Shown piece after piece: positions 1 to 12,641 of a DNA stretch of 64,000 nucleotides. The notes below the pieces were generated by a model. The model was not told the origin of the DNA. It saw nothing but the letters and a program-made list of their open reading frames with translations, and searched no databases. A program made the translations under genes and the position numbers. Source of the stretch: Alphaproteobacteria bacterium (GTDB lineage: Bacteria > Pseudomonadota > Alphaproteobacteria > UBA828); the NCBI GenBank assembly GCA_963422645.2, contig CAXXVO010000013.1, positions 87,457 to 151,456 of the forward strand. Reading direction: 5' to 3'. Position 1 is the stretch's first letter. Each line of letters begins with the position of its first letter.

Positions 1-5
1 CCGGC

Positions 6-806
6 GTGCTGATCGGGCTTTCCGGCGGCATCGATTCGGCGCTGACGGCCGCCGTCGCCGTCGACGCGCTGGGCGCTGACCGGGTCTTCTGCGTCGTCAT
101 GCCGTCGCGCTACACGGCGCAGTCCTCCCTCGACGACGCGGCGGAATGCGCGCGCCTGCTGGGGATCCGCCACGAGGTGGTGGGGATCGAGCCGGCGGTG
201 GACGCGCTCGGCGGAATGCTGGCGCCGATTTTCGCCGGCCGCGACGCGGACGAGACCGAGGAGAACATTCAGGCGCGGGTGCGCGGCGTCATCCTGATGG
301 CGATCAGCAACAAGCTCGGCCACATGGTGCTCACCACCGGCAACAAGTCCGAGATGTCGGTGGGCTACGCCACGCTCTACGGCGACATGTGCGGCGGCTA
401 TTCGGTGCTGAAGGACGTCTACAAGACCGACGTGTTCGAGATGTCCCGCTGGCGCAACCGGAACTGGATGGAGGGGCTGAAGGGGCCACAGGGACCGGTG
501 ATTCCCGAGGCGATCATCGACAAGCCGCCGAGCGCGGAGCTTCGCCCCGATCAGACGGATCAGGACACGCTGCCTCCCTACGAGGTGCTGGACGACGTGC
601 TGCGCGGCCTGGTGGAGGAAGAGTGCTCGACCGAGGAGATCGTGGCCCGCGGCCATGCGGCGGAGACTGCGGCGCGCATCTGGCGAATGCTCGACATCGC
701 GGAATATAAGCGGCGCCAGGCGCCGCCCGGCATCAAGCTCACGCTGCGCTCCTTCGGCAAGGACCGCCGCTATCCCATCACCAACCGCTACCGCGGGACC
801 GACTGA
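6..806 (+). CDS. nadE: NAD+ synthetase, C-terminal synthetase domain (5' end runs off the window; probably the glutamine-dependent form)
   Basis: SGGIDSA ATP-PPase motif, ENIQARVRG, TTGNKSE..VGYATLYGD, PPSAELRPDQ, EYKRRQAPPG. Confidence 0.95.
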   Translation: MLIGLSGGIDSALTAAVAVDALGADRVFCVVMPSRYTAQSSLDDAAECARLLGIRHEVVGIEPAVDALGGMLAPIFAGRDADETEENIQARVRGVILMAISNKLGHMVLTTGNKSEMSVGYATLYGDMCGGYSVLKDVYKTDVFEMSRWRNRNWMEGLKGPQGPVIPEAIIDKPPSAELRPDQTDQDTLPPYEVLDDVLRGLVEEECSTEEIVARGHAAETAARIWRMLDIAEYKRRQAPPGIKLTLRSFGKDRRYPITNRYRGTD

Positions 807-809
807 GCC

Positions 810-2189
810 ATGACGCTCACGCTGCACAACACGCTGACCCGCAAGCGCGAGCCGCTGGAGCCCGTGCGCCCGGGCCACGTCGGCATGTACGTCTGCGGGC
901 CGACGGTCTACGACCTCGCTCACATCGGCAACGCCCGGCCCATCGTGGTGTTCGACGTGCTCTTCCGGGTGCTGAAGCGGCTCTATCCGTCCGTCACATA
1001 CGTCCGGAACATCACGGACGTCGACGACAAGATCAACGCAGCCTCGCGCCGGACCGGCGAGCCCATCGAATCGATCACCGCGCGCACCACCAAGGCCTTT
1101 CACGAGGACATCGCAGCGCTCGGCGCCCTGCCGCCCGACGTGGAGCCGCGGGCGACAGCGCACGTGCCCCAGATGATCGCGCTCATCGAGGCGCTGATCG
1201 CGGCCGGCAACGCCTACGAGGCGGAGGGTCACGTGCTCTTCCACGTGCCTTCGGCACCCCGCTACGGCGCCTTATCCCGCCGCAACCGCGACGAGATGAT
1301 CGCGGGCTCGCGGGTCGAGACCGCGCCCTACAAGCGCGACCCGGCCGACTTCGTGCTGTGGAAGCCGAGCGACGAGACCCTGCCGGGCTGGGACAGCCCC
1401 TGGGGCCGCGGGCGGCCCGGCTGGCACATAGAGTGCTCGGCCATGAGCCGCGCCTATCTCGGCGAAACCCTCGATATCCACGGCGGCGGGCTCGACCTGG
1501 TCTTCCCCCATCACGAGAACGAAATCGCGCAGAGCGAATGCGCCTGCCCCGGCCCCCCCTTCGCCCGACACTGGGTGCACAACGGCTGGCTCACCGTGGA
1601 GGGCGAGAAGATGTCGAAGTCCCTCGGCAACTTCATCACCATCCGCAACGCGCTCGCCGAGGCGCCGGGGGAGGTAATTCGTCTGGCCCTCCTGAGCACG
1701 CACTATCGGCATCCGATGGACTGGTCCGCCGAGGGGCTTGAGAAGGCGCGCCTCAACGTGGACAAGCTGTATAACGCGCTGCGCAACGCTGGCGTGGAGA
1801 ACGGGGCGGCGGGCGACACGGTCGATCCCGAAGTCGAGGCCGCGCTCTGCGACGACCTGAACACGCCGAAGGCGCTCGCAGCGCTACACCGGCTCGCCGG
1901 CGACCTCAACCGGGCCGGCGACGAGGCGGCGCGCGCGCGAGCCTGTGCCGCATTGCGCGGCTCCGGCGCTCTGCTCGGGCTGCTGCAGGCCGACCCCGAG
2001 GCGTGGTTCCGCGGCGCGGAGCAGGAAGGCGGCATGAGCGACGCTGAAATCGAGGCGCTGATCGCCGCCCGAGCCGCCGCGCGGGGCCAGCGAGACTTCG
2101 CCGAGGCCGACCGCATCCGCGATGCGATGGCCGCAGAGGGCATCACCCTCGAAGACAAGCCGGAGGGCACGCTGTGGCGCCGCGCGTGA
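810..2189 (+). CDS. cysS: Cysteine--tRNA ligase
   Basis: CGPTVY, HIGN (HIGH-like), [21 protein letters not shown] motifs. Confidence 0.98.
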   Translation: MTLTLHNTLTRKREPLEPVRPGHVGMYVCGPTVYDLAHIGNARPIVVFDVLFRVLKRLYPSVTYVRNITDVDDKINAASRRTGEPIESITARTTKAFHEDIAALGALPPDVEPRATAHVPQMIALIEALIAAGNAYEAEGHVLFHVPSAPRYGALSRRNRDEMIAGSRVETAPYKRDPADFVLWKPSDETLPGWDSPWGRGRPGWHIECSAMSRAYLGETLDIHGGGLDLVFPHHENEIAQSECACPGPPFARHWVHNGWLTVEGEKMSKSLGNFITIRNALAEAPGEVIRLALLSTHYRHPMDWSAEGLEKARLNVDKLYNALRNAGVENGAAGDTVDPEVEAALCDDLNTPKALAALHRLAGDLNRAGDEAARARACAALRGSGALLGLLQADPEAWFRGAEQEGGMSDAEIEALIAARAAARGQRDFAEADRIRDAMAAEGITLEDKPEGTLWRRA

Positions 2190-2230
2190 GAGGTGGCGCA
2201 CGCGCGACCTGCGCCCTGGCAGGCTGAGCC

Positions 2231-3046
2231 GTGGCGGGGAGCGACCGGCGCAAGGCCTGCGCCGCGGCCCACGTCGATGCCGGAGCGCCAGCGGTGATCC
2301 TCGTGCGCACCCAGCTCGGCGAGAATGTCGGCGCTGCCGCCCGCGCCATGCTGAACTGCGGCCTCTCCGACCTGCGTCTCGTCCAGCCCCGCGACGGCTG
2401 GCCCAACGTGAAGGCGCTGGGCGCGGCCTCGGGTGCGGATACGGTGCTGAACGGCGTGCGGCTCTGCGCGACCGTGGAGGAGGCCGTGGCCGATCTCAAT
2501 CTGGTCCACGCCACCACGGCCAGGCCGCGCGAGCTGCTGAAGCCGGAGCTCGCGCCGCGCGCGGCGGTCACGGCGTTGCGCGATGCGGGCCGGCAGGGTG
2601 CCCGCCTCGGCCTCCTCTTCGGGCCGGAGAAGGCCGGCCTCAAGAACGAGGAGCTGGTGCTGGCCGACGCCATCGTCCGGATTCCGCTCAACCCCGCCTT
2701 CGCCTCGCTCAACCTGGCTCAGGCGGTCCTGATCATGGCCTACGAATGGCGCCTCGTGAGCAGCCTGCCGGAGGAAGAGGAGGAGCCGGCGGCGCCGCCG
2801 ACGGGAAGCGCCCGGCCCGCCACCAAGGACGAGATCCTGCACTTCTTCCGACACCTGGAAGGCGCGCTCGACGACCGCGACTTCTTCCCAACGCCAGAGA
2901 TGCGGCCCAAGATGGTCCAGAACATGCGCACCATGTTCGAGCGCATCTCGCTCACCCGCCAGGACGTGCAGACCCTGCGCGGTGTCGTGCGCTCGCTCAC
3001 CGGTGAGCCGTCCCGGCGGCGCGAACCGCCGGGCTCGGCCGATTGA
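2231..3046 (+). CDS. SPOUT RNA methyltransferase, TrmJ/LasT family
   Basis: ENVGAAARAMLNCG, FGPEKAGL, SLNLAQAV motifs. Confidence 0.9.
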   Translation: MAGSDRRKACAAAHVDAGAPAVILVRTQLGENVGAAARAMLNCGLSDLRLVQPRDGWPNVKALGAASGADTVLNGVRLCATVEEAVADLNLVHATTARPRELLKPELAPRAAVTALRDAGRQGARLGLLFGPEKAGLKNEELVLADAIVRIPLNPAFASLNLAQAVLIMAYEWRLVSSLPEEEEEPAAPPTGSARPATKDEILHFFRHLEGALDDRDFFPTPEMRPKMVQNMRTMFERISLTRQDVQTLRGVVRSLTGEPSRRREPPGSAD

Positions 3047-3070
3047 CACCGCACCGGCGCGGGCTATAGT
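3043..3070 (+). promoter_or_regulatory. Sigma70-like promoter of rpsD
   Basis: TTGACA (3043-3048), 16 bp spacer, TATAGT (3065-3070), 60 bp upstream of rpsD. Confidence 0.6.
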
Positions 3071-3130
3071 GCGCCCGGCTCGCCGCCGGAGGCCGCGGGC
3101 GCACGCGATTCTCCCACCGGCACGGGCACA

Positions 3131-3745
3131 ATGAGCAAGCGACAGCAGTCGAAGTACAAGATTTGCCGGCGCCTCGGCGTCAACCTCTGGGGCCGCCCCA
3201 AGAGCCCCACAAACAGGCGCGACTACGGGCCAGGGCAGCACGGCCAACGGCGGCGCAAGCCGTCCGATTTCGGCGTGCAGCTCTCTGCCAAGCAGCGCCT
3301 GCGCGGCTACTACGGCAACATCACCGAGAAGCAGTTCCGCCGCTACTACCACATCGCCGGCGACCGCAAGGGCGACACCGGCGAGAACCTGGTCGGACTG
3401 CTGGAGCGGCGCCTCGATGCCGTCGTCTACCGCATGAAGTTCGTGCCGACCGTGTTCGCGGCGCGCCAGTTCGTCAACCACGGCCACATCCTGGTCAATG
3501 GCCGCCGGGTTACGATCCCGAGCTACCTGGTGAAGGACGAGGACCGCATCACGGTGCGCGAGCGCTCGAAGCAACTGCCGCTGGTGCTGGAGGCGATCGA
3601 TTCGCCCGAGCGCGAGGTGCCGGACTACCTGGAGGTGGACCACGACCGGATGGAGGGGCGCTTCATCCGAGCGCCCAAGTTCGTCGATGTGCCCTATCCG
3701 GTGCAGATGGAGCCCAATCTCGTCATCGAGTACTACTCGCGCTAG
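3131..3745 (+). CDS. rpsD: 30S ribosomal protein S4
   Basis: [27 protein letters not shown]4 domain, C-terminal IEYYSR. Confidence 0.98.
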   Translation: MSKRQQSKYKICRRLGVNLWGRPKSPTNRRDYGPGQHGQRRRKPSDFGVQLSAKQRLRGYYGNITEKQFRRYYHIAGDRKGDTGENLVGLLERRLDAVVYRMKFVPTVFAARQFVNHGHILVNGRRVTIPSYLVKDEDRITVRERSKQLPLVLEAIDSPEREVPDYLEVDHDRMEGRFIRAPKFVDVPYPVQMEPNLVIEYYSR

Positions 3746-3839
3746 GCCTCGCGCGTTTACGCCCCCCTGCGCTCTCGATTGACAGGGCGCTCTATCCCGG
3801 CTTTTGTCTGCCCTAGGAATCCGAGGGTAAGGGAGGAGA

Positions 3840-4427
3840 GTGATGGGCGCGTTGGCATTCGAGCATCATCTGCTGAAGGAAGCCGGTACCAGTCCCAATA
3901 ACGGGGCGCTGCCGCTCATCGTCTATCGGGGCGCCATCGGTGTCGGCGGCGACGAGCCGGAGGCGGCGGTCGAGCGGCATTTCGACTCCAATGGCTGGGG
4001 CGACGGCTTTCGCGGCGATACCTTTCCCTTTCACCACTACCATTCGATCGCCCACGAGGTTGTGGGCTGCGCGCGCGGCGCGGCGCGACTCCAGTTCGGC
4101 GGGCCGGATGGGCCGGTGGTCGACGTGCAGGCCGGAGACGCCGTGCTGATCCCGGCGGGTGTGGTCCACTGCCGGCTCGACGACAAGCCGGGCTACGTCA
4201 GCATCGGCGCCTACCCGCCGGGCCAGCAGCCGGACCTCTGCGTGCTCTCGAATCAGGACGCCGAGGTCTCCGACGCCAGGGACGATACCGAGGGGCTTGA
4301 GCTCAAGGTTGTGGGCGAAGCGGAGATGCCCGCGATCAGGGCCTCCATCGCCGCGGTCCCGCTGCCGAAGACCGACCCGCTGGCGGGCGGCAGCGGCCCG
4401 GTGGCCGATCTCTGGCTGGAGGGCTGA
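3840..4427 (+). CDS. Cupin-domain protein (YjlB-like)
   Basis: PNN..LP, FHHYHSIAHE, GDAVLIPAGVVH, IGAYPPGQ. Confidence 0.8.
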   Translation: MMGALAFEHHLLKEAGTSPNNGALPLIVYRGAIGVGGDEPEAAVERHFDSNGWGDGFRGDTFPFHHYHSIAHEVVGCARGAARLQFGGPDGPVVDVQAGDAVLIPAGVVHCRLDDKPGYVSIGAYPPGQQPDLCVLSNQDAEVSDARDDTEGLELKVVGEAEMPAIRASIAAVPLPKTDPLAGGSGPVADLWLEG

Positions 4428-4436
4428 ACGCCCTCC

Positions 4437-4781
4437 TCAGTCAAACACGCTGCAGTCCAGCGAGAGCTTCTCCCCGAGCCAGAGCGGGTAGTCGCGGTGG
4501 TCGGCGAGATCGTCGCCGGTGTTCGGGTGCACCAGCACCGAGTGGCCCCGGCGGTTGAGCATCAGCCAGGGCACGAACTCGGCGAAAAGGGCCGGCTCGA
4601 AGGCTACCTGGAACATGTGCATGGGATGGGGCCCCACGAGCTTATCGCGCCAGCGCCCGAGCCGCACGGGGAAGCGTGCGATCAGACCGGTCCTGACCTC
4701 CGCAGCGGTCTGCCGCGTGGCCGGCTCGTAATAGACGTGGGCGTGGTAGCTGGCGATTGTCGCCAGCGGCAGTGGGATCAA
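4437..4781 (-). CDS. DOPA 4,5-dioxygenase family protein
   Basis: [27 protein letters not shown]...DH...WLG. Confidence 0.88.
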   Translation of the reverse strand: MIPLPLATIASYHAHVYYEPATRQTAAEVRTGLIARFPVRLGRWRDKLVGPHPMHMFQVAFEPALFAEFVPWLMLNRRGHSVLVHPNTGDDLADHRDYPLWLGEKLSLDCSVFD

Positions 4782-5131
4782 GCGCGCGGCTCGACGCTGA
4801 CGCCCTTTGTGCTCAGGAGCTCCGAAAGCTCGCCGGTCTCGTACATCTCGCGGACGATGTCGCAGCCGCCCACGAACTCGCCCTTGACGTAGAGCTGCGG
4901 GATCGTCGGCCAGTCGCTCAAGCTCTTGATGCCCTGCCGGACCTCAGGGTCCTCGAGCACGTCGAATCCCTTGAAGCGCACGCCGAGCAGCGAGAGCATC
5001 TGCACCACCGTGGCGGAGAACCCGCACTGCGGGAACACGGGCGTCCCCTTCATGAACAGAACGACATCGTGCTCGTCGATGAAGCCCCGGATGCGATTCT
5101 CGACCGGTGCGCTGGTCGTGGCCTCGATCAT
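4778..5131 (-). CDS. grxD: Monothiol glutaredoxin (Grx4)
   Basis: FMKG.P..PQCGFS active site, [13 protein letters not shown]. Confidence 0.96.
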   Translation of the reverse strand: MIEATTSAPVENRIRGFIDEHDVVLFMKGTPVFPQCGFSATVVQMLSLLGVRFKGFDVLEDPEVRQGIKSLSDWPTIPQLYVKGEFVGGCDIVREMYETGELSELLSTKGVSVEPRA

Positions 5132-5158
5132 GCGAATTCCCCTTTCACTTTCAGTCAG

Positions 5159-5398
5159 TTATGCGTCCGCGGGGACGCTGGTTTGGAGCGCGAGCGCGTG
5201 CAGCTGATCGCCCATCCGCCCGCGCAGCGCGCGGTAGACCATCTGATGCTGCTCCACCCGCGACTTGCCGGCGAATGCGGCCGAAACCACGCGCGCCGCG
5301 TAGTGATCGCCGTCGCCGCGCAGGTCGTCGATATGGATCTGGGCGTCAGGGAGCGCCTCTAGAATGAGCTGCTCGATCTCCTGAACGTCCATGGGCAT
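5159..5398 (-). CDS. BolA family protein
   Basis: GDGDHY, F.GKSRVEQHQMVY, LHALAL; adjacent to grxD; start placed at MPM. Confidence 0.92.
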   Translation of the reverse strand: MPMDVQEIEQLILEALPDAQIHIDDLRGDGDHYAARVVSAAFAGKSRVEQHQMVYRALRGRMGDQLHALALQTSVPADA

Positions 5399-5435
5399 CG
5401 GCGGTGCTTTCAGGCGTTGCGTTCTGCGGGTGCAC

Positions 5436-7693
<2,258 letters not shown>

Positions 7694-7697
<4 letters not shown>

Positions 7698-8383
7698 GAG
7701 AGCGCCCCCACCAGGTGATCGAACATGGGGCGTCCGTCGGCGCCGCCCAGCGCAGGCTCCGCGGCGCGCTCGGGATGCGGCATCAGGCCGAGCACCGTGC
7801 GTGCCGGATTGAGGATGCCCGCGATATCGGCGGCGGAGCCGTTGGGGTTGGCCTCGCCATCGGCCGCGCCGTCGCCCCCCACGTAGCGGAAGGCGACCAG
7901 CCCCTCGCCTTCGAGCCGGGCCAGCGTCTCCTCATCGGCGCAGTAGTTGCCCTCGTGATGGGCGACCGGCATCCGCACCACCTGGCCGGCCTGGTAGCCG
8001 GCGGTGAACGGGCTCGCGGCCTCCTCGACGCGCAGGCTCACCCAGCGGCAGACGAAGCGGAGCCCCGCGTTGCGCATCAGCGCGCCGGGCAGCAGCCCCG
8101 CCTCGGTCGCCACCTGGAAGCCGTTGCAAATGGCCAGGACATGCACGCCCTCCTTCGCCCGCTTCACCACGTCCACCATCACCGGCGAGCGCGCCGCCAT
8201 GGCGCCCGCGCGCAGGTAGTCGCCGTGGGCGAAGCCGCCGGGCAGCACGATCAGGTCGCAGGCGGGCAGCACGCTCTCGTCGTGCCAGACCAACGCCGGC
8301 GCCCGGCCCGTGCTGGCCTCCAGCGCCACCTCGACATCCCGGTCGCAGTTGGAGCCGGGAAAGACGATGACGGCGGCCTTCAT
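7694..8383 (-). CDS. purQ: FGAM synthase glutaminase subunit PurQ
   Basis: FPGSNCD, PGGF..GDYLR, ICNGFQ, MPHPER. Confidence 0.98.
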
Positions 8384-8417
8384 CGCACCCTCCCGGCCGG
8401 AAGAGCGTGAGCAAGCG

Positions 8418-8592
8418 CCCCCTCCTCACCCCGGCCCTCTCCTCCCCCGAGGAGAGGAGAGGGAGAAATGGCCCGCGCCGCCTGCGTTCCCCCTCCGCCC
8501 TCTCCTCCCCGGGGAGATGACAGGAAGAAGGGGCGGCGCCTTCTACGTTCCCTCTCCGCCCTTCGGGGGGAGAGGGACAGGGAGAGGTGGGT
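8418..8592. repeat. Palindromic REP-like repeat cluster (CCCTCTCC...GGAGAGGG type)
   Basis: CCTCACCCCGGCCCTCTCCTCCCCCGAGGAGAGGAGAGGG, a middle CCCTCTCCTCCCCGGGGAGA unit, and CCCTCTCCGCCCTTCGGGGGGAGAGGGACAGGGAGAGG; hairpin-forming and intergenic. Confidence 0.7.
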
Positions 8593-8738
8593 GAGATGAC
8601 AATCTAATTTAATCCGGGATTCGCCGGGATTAAGCGGGACAAGTGGGATTCCGGAGGCGATGCGTCGGCTATCCCCGACCACGATCCGGGGGGGCGGCAG
8701 GGAAGCTGGGTTGGCGGTAGGGGTTGCGGTGCGCCGGC

Positions 8739-8981
8739 TCATTCGGCGAGGTCGATGGTGTAGTCCTCGATCACGGTGTTCGCGAGCAGCTGTGCGCACA
8801 TGGCGTCCAGTTGCTCCCTGGCGACCGCCGGGTCGGTCTCGGCCAGATCGAGCTCCAGGTACTTGCCCTGGCGCACGCCTTCGACGCCCGCGAATCCCAT
8901 GCGCGCGAGCGTGCTCGCGATCGCCTTGCCTTGGGGGTCGAGAACGCCGGGCTTGAGGGTGATGTGGACTCGGGCTCGCAC
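8739..8981 (-). CDS. purS: FGAM synthase subunit PurS
   Basis: LKPGVLDPQG, VRQGKY, LLANTVIEDY; lies in the pur cluster. Confidence 0.96.
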   Translation of the reverse strand: MRARVHITLKPGVLDPQGKAIASTLARMGFAGVEGVRQGKYLELDLAETDPAVAREQLDAMCAQLLANTVIEDYTIDLAE

Positions 8982-8987
8982 GTGGTC

Positions 8988-9761
8988 TCACGCGCTCTCG
9001 TCGTCGTCGCGGCCGTTCACCTCCCGCACCACCGGCGTCTGGGGCATCAAGCCGAGGCGCCGGGCGACCTCCTGATAGGCCTCGGAGACCCGGCCGAGGT
9101 CGCGGCGGAAGCGGTCCTTGTCCAGCTTCTCGTTGGTCTCGATATCCCAGAGCCGGCAGCTGTCGGGCGTGATCTCGTCGGCGAGCACGATGCGCATGTC
9201 CTCGCCGTGCCAGAGCCGGCCGAACTCCAGCTTGAAGTCCACCAGCCTGATACCGATGCCGTAAAACAGCCCGCTGAGGAAGTCGTTGATGCGGAGCGAC
9301 ATGGAGAGGATGTCGTCGAGCTCCTGCGGCGTCGCCCAGCCGAAGGCGGTGATGTGCTCCTCCGACACCAGCGGGTCGTCGAGCTCGTCGTTCTTGTAGC
9401 AGTACTCGACGATGGAGCGCGGCAGCTGGACGCCCTCCTTGAGGCCGAGCCGCTTGACCAGAGTGCCGGCGGCGTAGTTGCGGATGATCACCTCGACCGG
9501 GATGATCTCCACCTCGCGAATCAGCTGCTCGCGCATGTTGAGCCGGCGCATGAAATGGGTCGGCACGCCGATCTCGTTGAGGCGCGCCATCAAGTGCTCG
9601 GAGATGCGGTTGTTAAGCACGCCCTTGCCGGTTATCACCCCCTGCTTCTTGTTGTTGAAGGCCGTGGCGTCGTCCTTGAAATACTGCACCAGGGTGCCGG
9701 GCTCGGGCCCTTCGTAAAGGACTTTCGCCTTGCCTTCGTAGATCCGCCTGCGACGGGACAT
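8988..9761 (-). CDS. purC: SAICAR synthetase
   Basis: [44 protein letters not shown]; start placed at MSRRRR (9761). Confidence 0.97.
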   Translation of the reverse strand: MSRRRRIYEGKAKVLYEGPEPGTLVQYFKDDATAFNNKKQGVITGKGVLNNRISEHLMARLNEIGVPTHFMRRLNMREQLIREVEIIPVEVIIRNYAAGTLVKRLGLKEGVQLPRSIVEYCYKNDELDDPLVSEEHITAFGWATPQELDDILSMSLRINDFLSGLFYGIGIRLVDFKLEFGRLWHGEDMRIVLADEITPDSCRLWDIETNEKLDKDRFRRDLGRVSEAYQEVARRLGLMPQTPVVREVNGRDDDESA

Positions 9762-9914
9762 AGTGGGGATCCTCAATGTGGGGGGGGGCGTTGCGCCGGG
9801 TCGGCGCTCTGCGCGCCCGTTACCTTGACAACATAGACACCACAAGGGGTCAGTACAATCGCCCGTCGTCGGTCGTTCGGGCAGGCCGGGCGCGGTGGCC
9901 GCCGACATCGCTCA

Positions 9915-10664
9915 CTAAAGCAGAATATTTTCAAATAGATGACGATTTGGTGGCCCTGGCGCGAAACGCCACAGAGGGGTGATGCCGGGCCGTCCCGGCC
10001 GCGGCAGGGCGATCAGCGACGCGTTGACCGTGCCGAATCCGCCGATCGCCTCGATGCACATGGCGGCCTCCGCATCGCCGCCCGAGTCGCGCACTCCACG
10101 CGCAAGCAGCGCGGCCCATTCTTCCCAGGCGCCGCGCTCCGGATCGGGCGGCACCGCGGCCTCGAAGTCTGCGAGATGCGTGCGAATTCGCGCCGATTCA
10201 AGGTCGTTACGCTCGCGCGCGGTGAACATGGAAAGTCCCTCGGGCAGCGGATGAAAGACCGGCGCCTTGCCGCCGTCATGGCGCAGCCAAAACGCCTCCT
10301 CGGAATCCGCGACCACGAGGTTGAAGGGGCGATAGGCCGTGCCGTCGATATCGGCGAGCGCCATGGCCGCATCCGCAGCGTCGGCATGATCCAGCGCATC
10401 CAGCACCAGCTCGCCCCGCGAGCGCTTGCTCGCTGCGGGCCCGAGCGCGCCGGTGCGGTTCAGGATGCCGGCACAGACACCCTCGTCGTTGACGCCTAAC
10501 CAGCTTCCGCCCGCGAGCTCGTCCTGGCCGGCGGTCACATCCGGGCGCCCAGCCCAGTGGCGGCCCGGCCCAAGCCAGGGGCGGCCGATCATCTCGTCGC
10601 GGTTGGCGGCGATCACGACCGGCCAGTCGTGGCCGGGGCGCCGCAGGATCACGAGTGTGCACAT
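9915..10664 (-). CDS. NRDE/TANGO2 family protein
   Basis: N-terminal MCT..., AANRDE, GGSWLG, SRGELV, PFNL. Confidence 0.9.
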   Translation of the reverse strand: MCTLVILRRPGHDWPVVIAANRDEMIGRPWLGPGRHWAGRPDVTAGQDELAGGSWLGVNDEGVCAGILNRTGALGPAASKRSRGELVLDALDHADAADAAMALADIDGTAYRPFNLVVADSEEAFWLRHDGGKAPVFHPLPEGLSMFTARERNDLESARIRTHLADFEAAVPPDPERGAWEEWAALLARGVRDSGGDAEAAMCIEAIGGFGTVNASLIALPRPGRPGITPLWRFAPGPPNRHLFENILL

Positions 10665-10763
10665 GCTGCCTTACCCGCCAAAGGGGCCGCGCACGCCGTG
10701 GACCGGCGCGGGCCGCTCTGGCACAATGCGCGCGCGTCCAATCATCGGCTGGGAGCCTGGGGT

Positions 10764-11084
10764 ATGAACACCTTCGATGACCGCAAGAATGCCGCCGAGG
10801 CGAAGTTCAAGCACGATCAGGAGTTTCAGTTCAAGGTCGTCGCCCGGCGCAACAAGCTTCTCGGCCTGTGGGCGGCGGAGAAAATGGGCATCGCAGGCGA
10901 CGATGCCCAGGCCTATGCCAAGCAGGTGGTCATGGCCGATTTCGAGGAGCCGGGCGACAACGACGTGGTGCGCAAGGTGGTCGGCGATCTGACCCAGAAG
11001 GGTATCGAGGCCGACGATCATCTGATCCGCACGCAGATGGAGCGCCTGCTGGACGAGGCAAAGGGCCAGGTCAGCACCGAATAG
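10764..11084 (+). CDS. DUF1476 family protein (ATPase zeta-like)
   Basis: MNTFDDR...E.KF.HD.E..FK..ARRNKLLGLWAA, ADFEEPGD. Confidence 0.88.
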   Translation: MNTFDDRKNAAEAKFKHDQEFQFKVVARRNKLLGLWAAEKMGIAGDDAQAYAKQVVMADFEEPGDNDVVRKVVGDLTQKGIEADDHLIRTQMERLLDEAKGQVSTE

Positions 11085-11128
11085 CCCGCGCGCGCCTTCC
11101 TCCCCATTCTCGACCTTCGGGACCGCCG

Positions 11129-11677
11129 GTGAGCGTCGCCCCCGGCAGGGGCGCGGACAATCAACGCGCCGGCTGGGGCGGCCACGCCCACCGGGCGCTG
11201 CGCGCGGCCGACGTGCGCCAGATCGCCTATGTGCCGGATGCGGGCCTCTCAGCGCTGCTCGACCTGTGCGAGGCCGACGAGACCATGCGCACGGTGCTGC
11301 TGGCCCATGAGCAGGAAGGCCCGGCGCTCGCCGCCGGCGCCTGGCTCGGCGGCGAGCGCGCGGCGCTGCTGATGCAATCTAGCGGGGCCGGCAACTGCGT
11401 CGCCGCGCTCTCGCTGATCCGCACCTGCCGCTTCCCCTTTCTCGGCATCGTCACCATGCGGGGCGAATGGGGCGAGACCAATCCGTGGCAGCTCCCCATG
11501 GGCCAGAGCACGGCGGCCCATCTCGAAGAGTGCGGCGTGATCGTCTCCCGCGTGGACGACGAGGCGCGTACCTTCGAGATCGTCGAGGCCGCCGCCGCCA
11601 TCGCCTTCGAGAGCCAGGCGGCGGCCGCGGTCCTCATCGGCCAGCGCGTGATCGGCGCCAAGAGCTTCGACGGATGA
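11129..11677 (+). CDS. TPP-dependent (sulfo/phosphono)pyruvate decarboxylase, alpha subunit (ComD-like)
   Basis: YVPD, E.EG..LAAGAWLGG, LMQSSGAGN, RGEWGETNPWQ; GTG start inferred. Confidence 0.8.
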   Translation: MSVAPGRGADNQRAGWGGHAHRALRAADVRQIAYVPDAGLSALLDLCEADETMRTVLLAHEQEGPALAAGAWLGGERAALLMQSSGAGNCVAALSLIRTCRFPFLGIVTMRGEWGETNPWQLPMGQSTAAHLEECGVIVSRVDDEARTFEIVEAAAAIAFESQAAAAVLIGQRVIGAKSFDG

Positions 11678-12279
11678 CGCGCCGTCAGCAGCCTGAGACG
11701 ACCCTGGACCGGCGCACAGCCGTGGCGCTTCTGCTCGAAGGCCGCGACGACGTGCTGGTGGTCCCGGGCCTCGGGTCTGCGACCTGGGACTGCGCCGCCC
11801 TCGGCGACAACCCGCTCCACTTCTCGCTCTGGGGCGCGATGGGCAACGCGTCGATGATCGGGCTCGGGCTCGCGCTGGCGCAGCCCGCGCGGCGCGTGCT
11901 GGTGCTGACTGGCGACGGCGACATGTTGATGGGGCTCGCGAGCCTCGCCACCATCGCGACTCAGGCGCCGCCCAATCTCGCCCTCGTCGTGCTCGACAAC
12001 GAGCGTCACGGCGAGACCGGGATGCAGCCCACGCATACCGCGCACCAGACCGACCTCGCCGCCGCCGCCGCTGCCTGCGGCTTCGCGGAGGCGCGGCAGG
12101 TCGCGGACGAAGCCGGCCTCCGCGCTGCGCTGCCGCTGGTGCATGAGACCCCGGGCCCTACCTTCCTCACGGTGAAGGTGCACGCCAAGCCGCTGGCCCG
12201 CGTCCTCCCGCCCCGCGACGGCGCTTACCTGAAAGACCGCTTTCGGGCGGCGCTGCTGGGGCCCGACGCCGTCCTCTAG
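11674..12279 (+). CDS. TPP-dependent decarboxylase, beta subunit (ComE-like)
   Basis: GAMG, GDGD...DN TPP-binding motif, ETGMQPTHT; ATGA overlap with the upstream gene. Confidence 0.82.
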   Translation: MTRRQQPETTLDRRTAVALLLEGRDDVLVVPGLGSATWDCAALGDNPLHFSLWGAMGNASMIGLGLALAQPARRVLVLTGDGDMLMGLASLATIATQAPPNLALVVLDNERHGETGMQPTHTAHQTDLAAAAAACGFAEARQVADEAGLRAALPLVHETPGPTFLTVKVHAKPLARVLPPRDGAYLKDRFRAALLGPDAVL

Positions 12280-12582
12280 TTTCGGCACCGCATCGTCCGT
12301 CTCGACGGAAAGCCGGCGGCTGGAACTTCCCTCCCCTCCCTGCACCGTGTTGACTTGCTTGGCCGAGCGTCCCGCCGTTTCCGTCAGGATTTTCTCGAGT
12401 CGCAACGCTGATGGGATGCTTCGAGAGGCCGCTCCCTGAACGGCTAACGCGGGCAGGGCTTGCTCGCAATGCCACCCAGCGCCGACCGACTCTCTCTGTA
12501 ACTACCCAGGTACCCCAATCCTGAGTTGAGGACGGTGATTATGGCGGCGGCCGCGGCCTGGTTCTGCCACCGCGATTGGTTC

Positions 12583-12641
12583 TTGACCTCATAGAGTTGC
12601 GGGACTATGGACCGCTCTCTCGCGTGACGGGAGCGGTCCAT
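12583..12641 (+). promoter_or_regulatory. Element-internal promoter plus hairpin covering the RBS and start of the MTase
   Basis: TTGACC-17bp-TATGGA; inverted repeat ATGGACCGCTC/GAGCGGTCCAT; equivalent layout in the diverged copy at 47296-47352. Confidence 0.65.

Noticed and set aside
12280-12497. Intergenic stretch before the IS66 element checked for a riboswitch, tRNA or the missing part of the 158-bp element
   Set aside because: No recognisable RNA motif and no clear match to 43914-44006.
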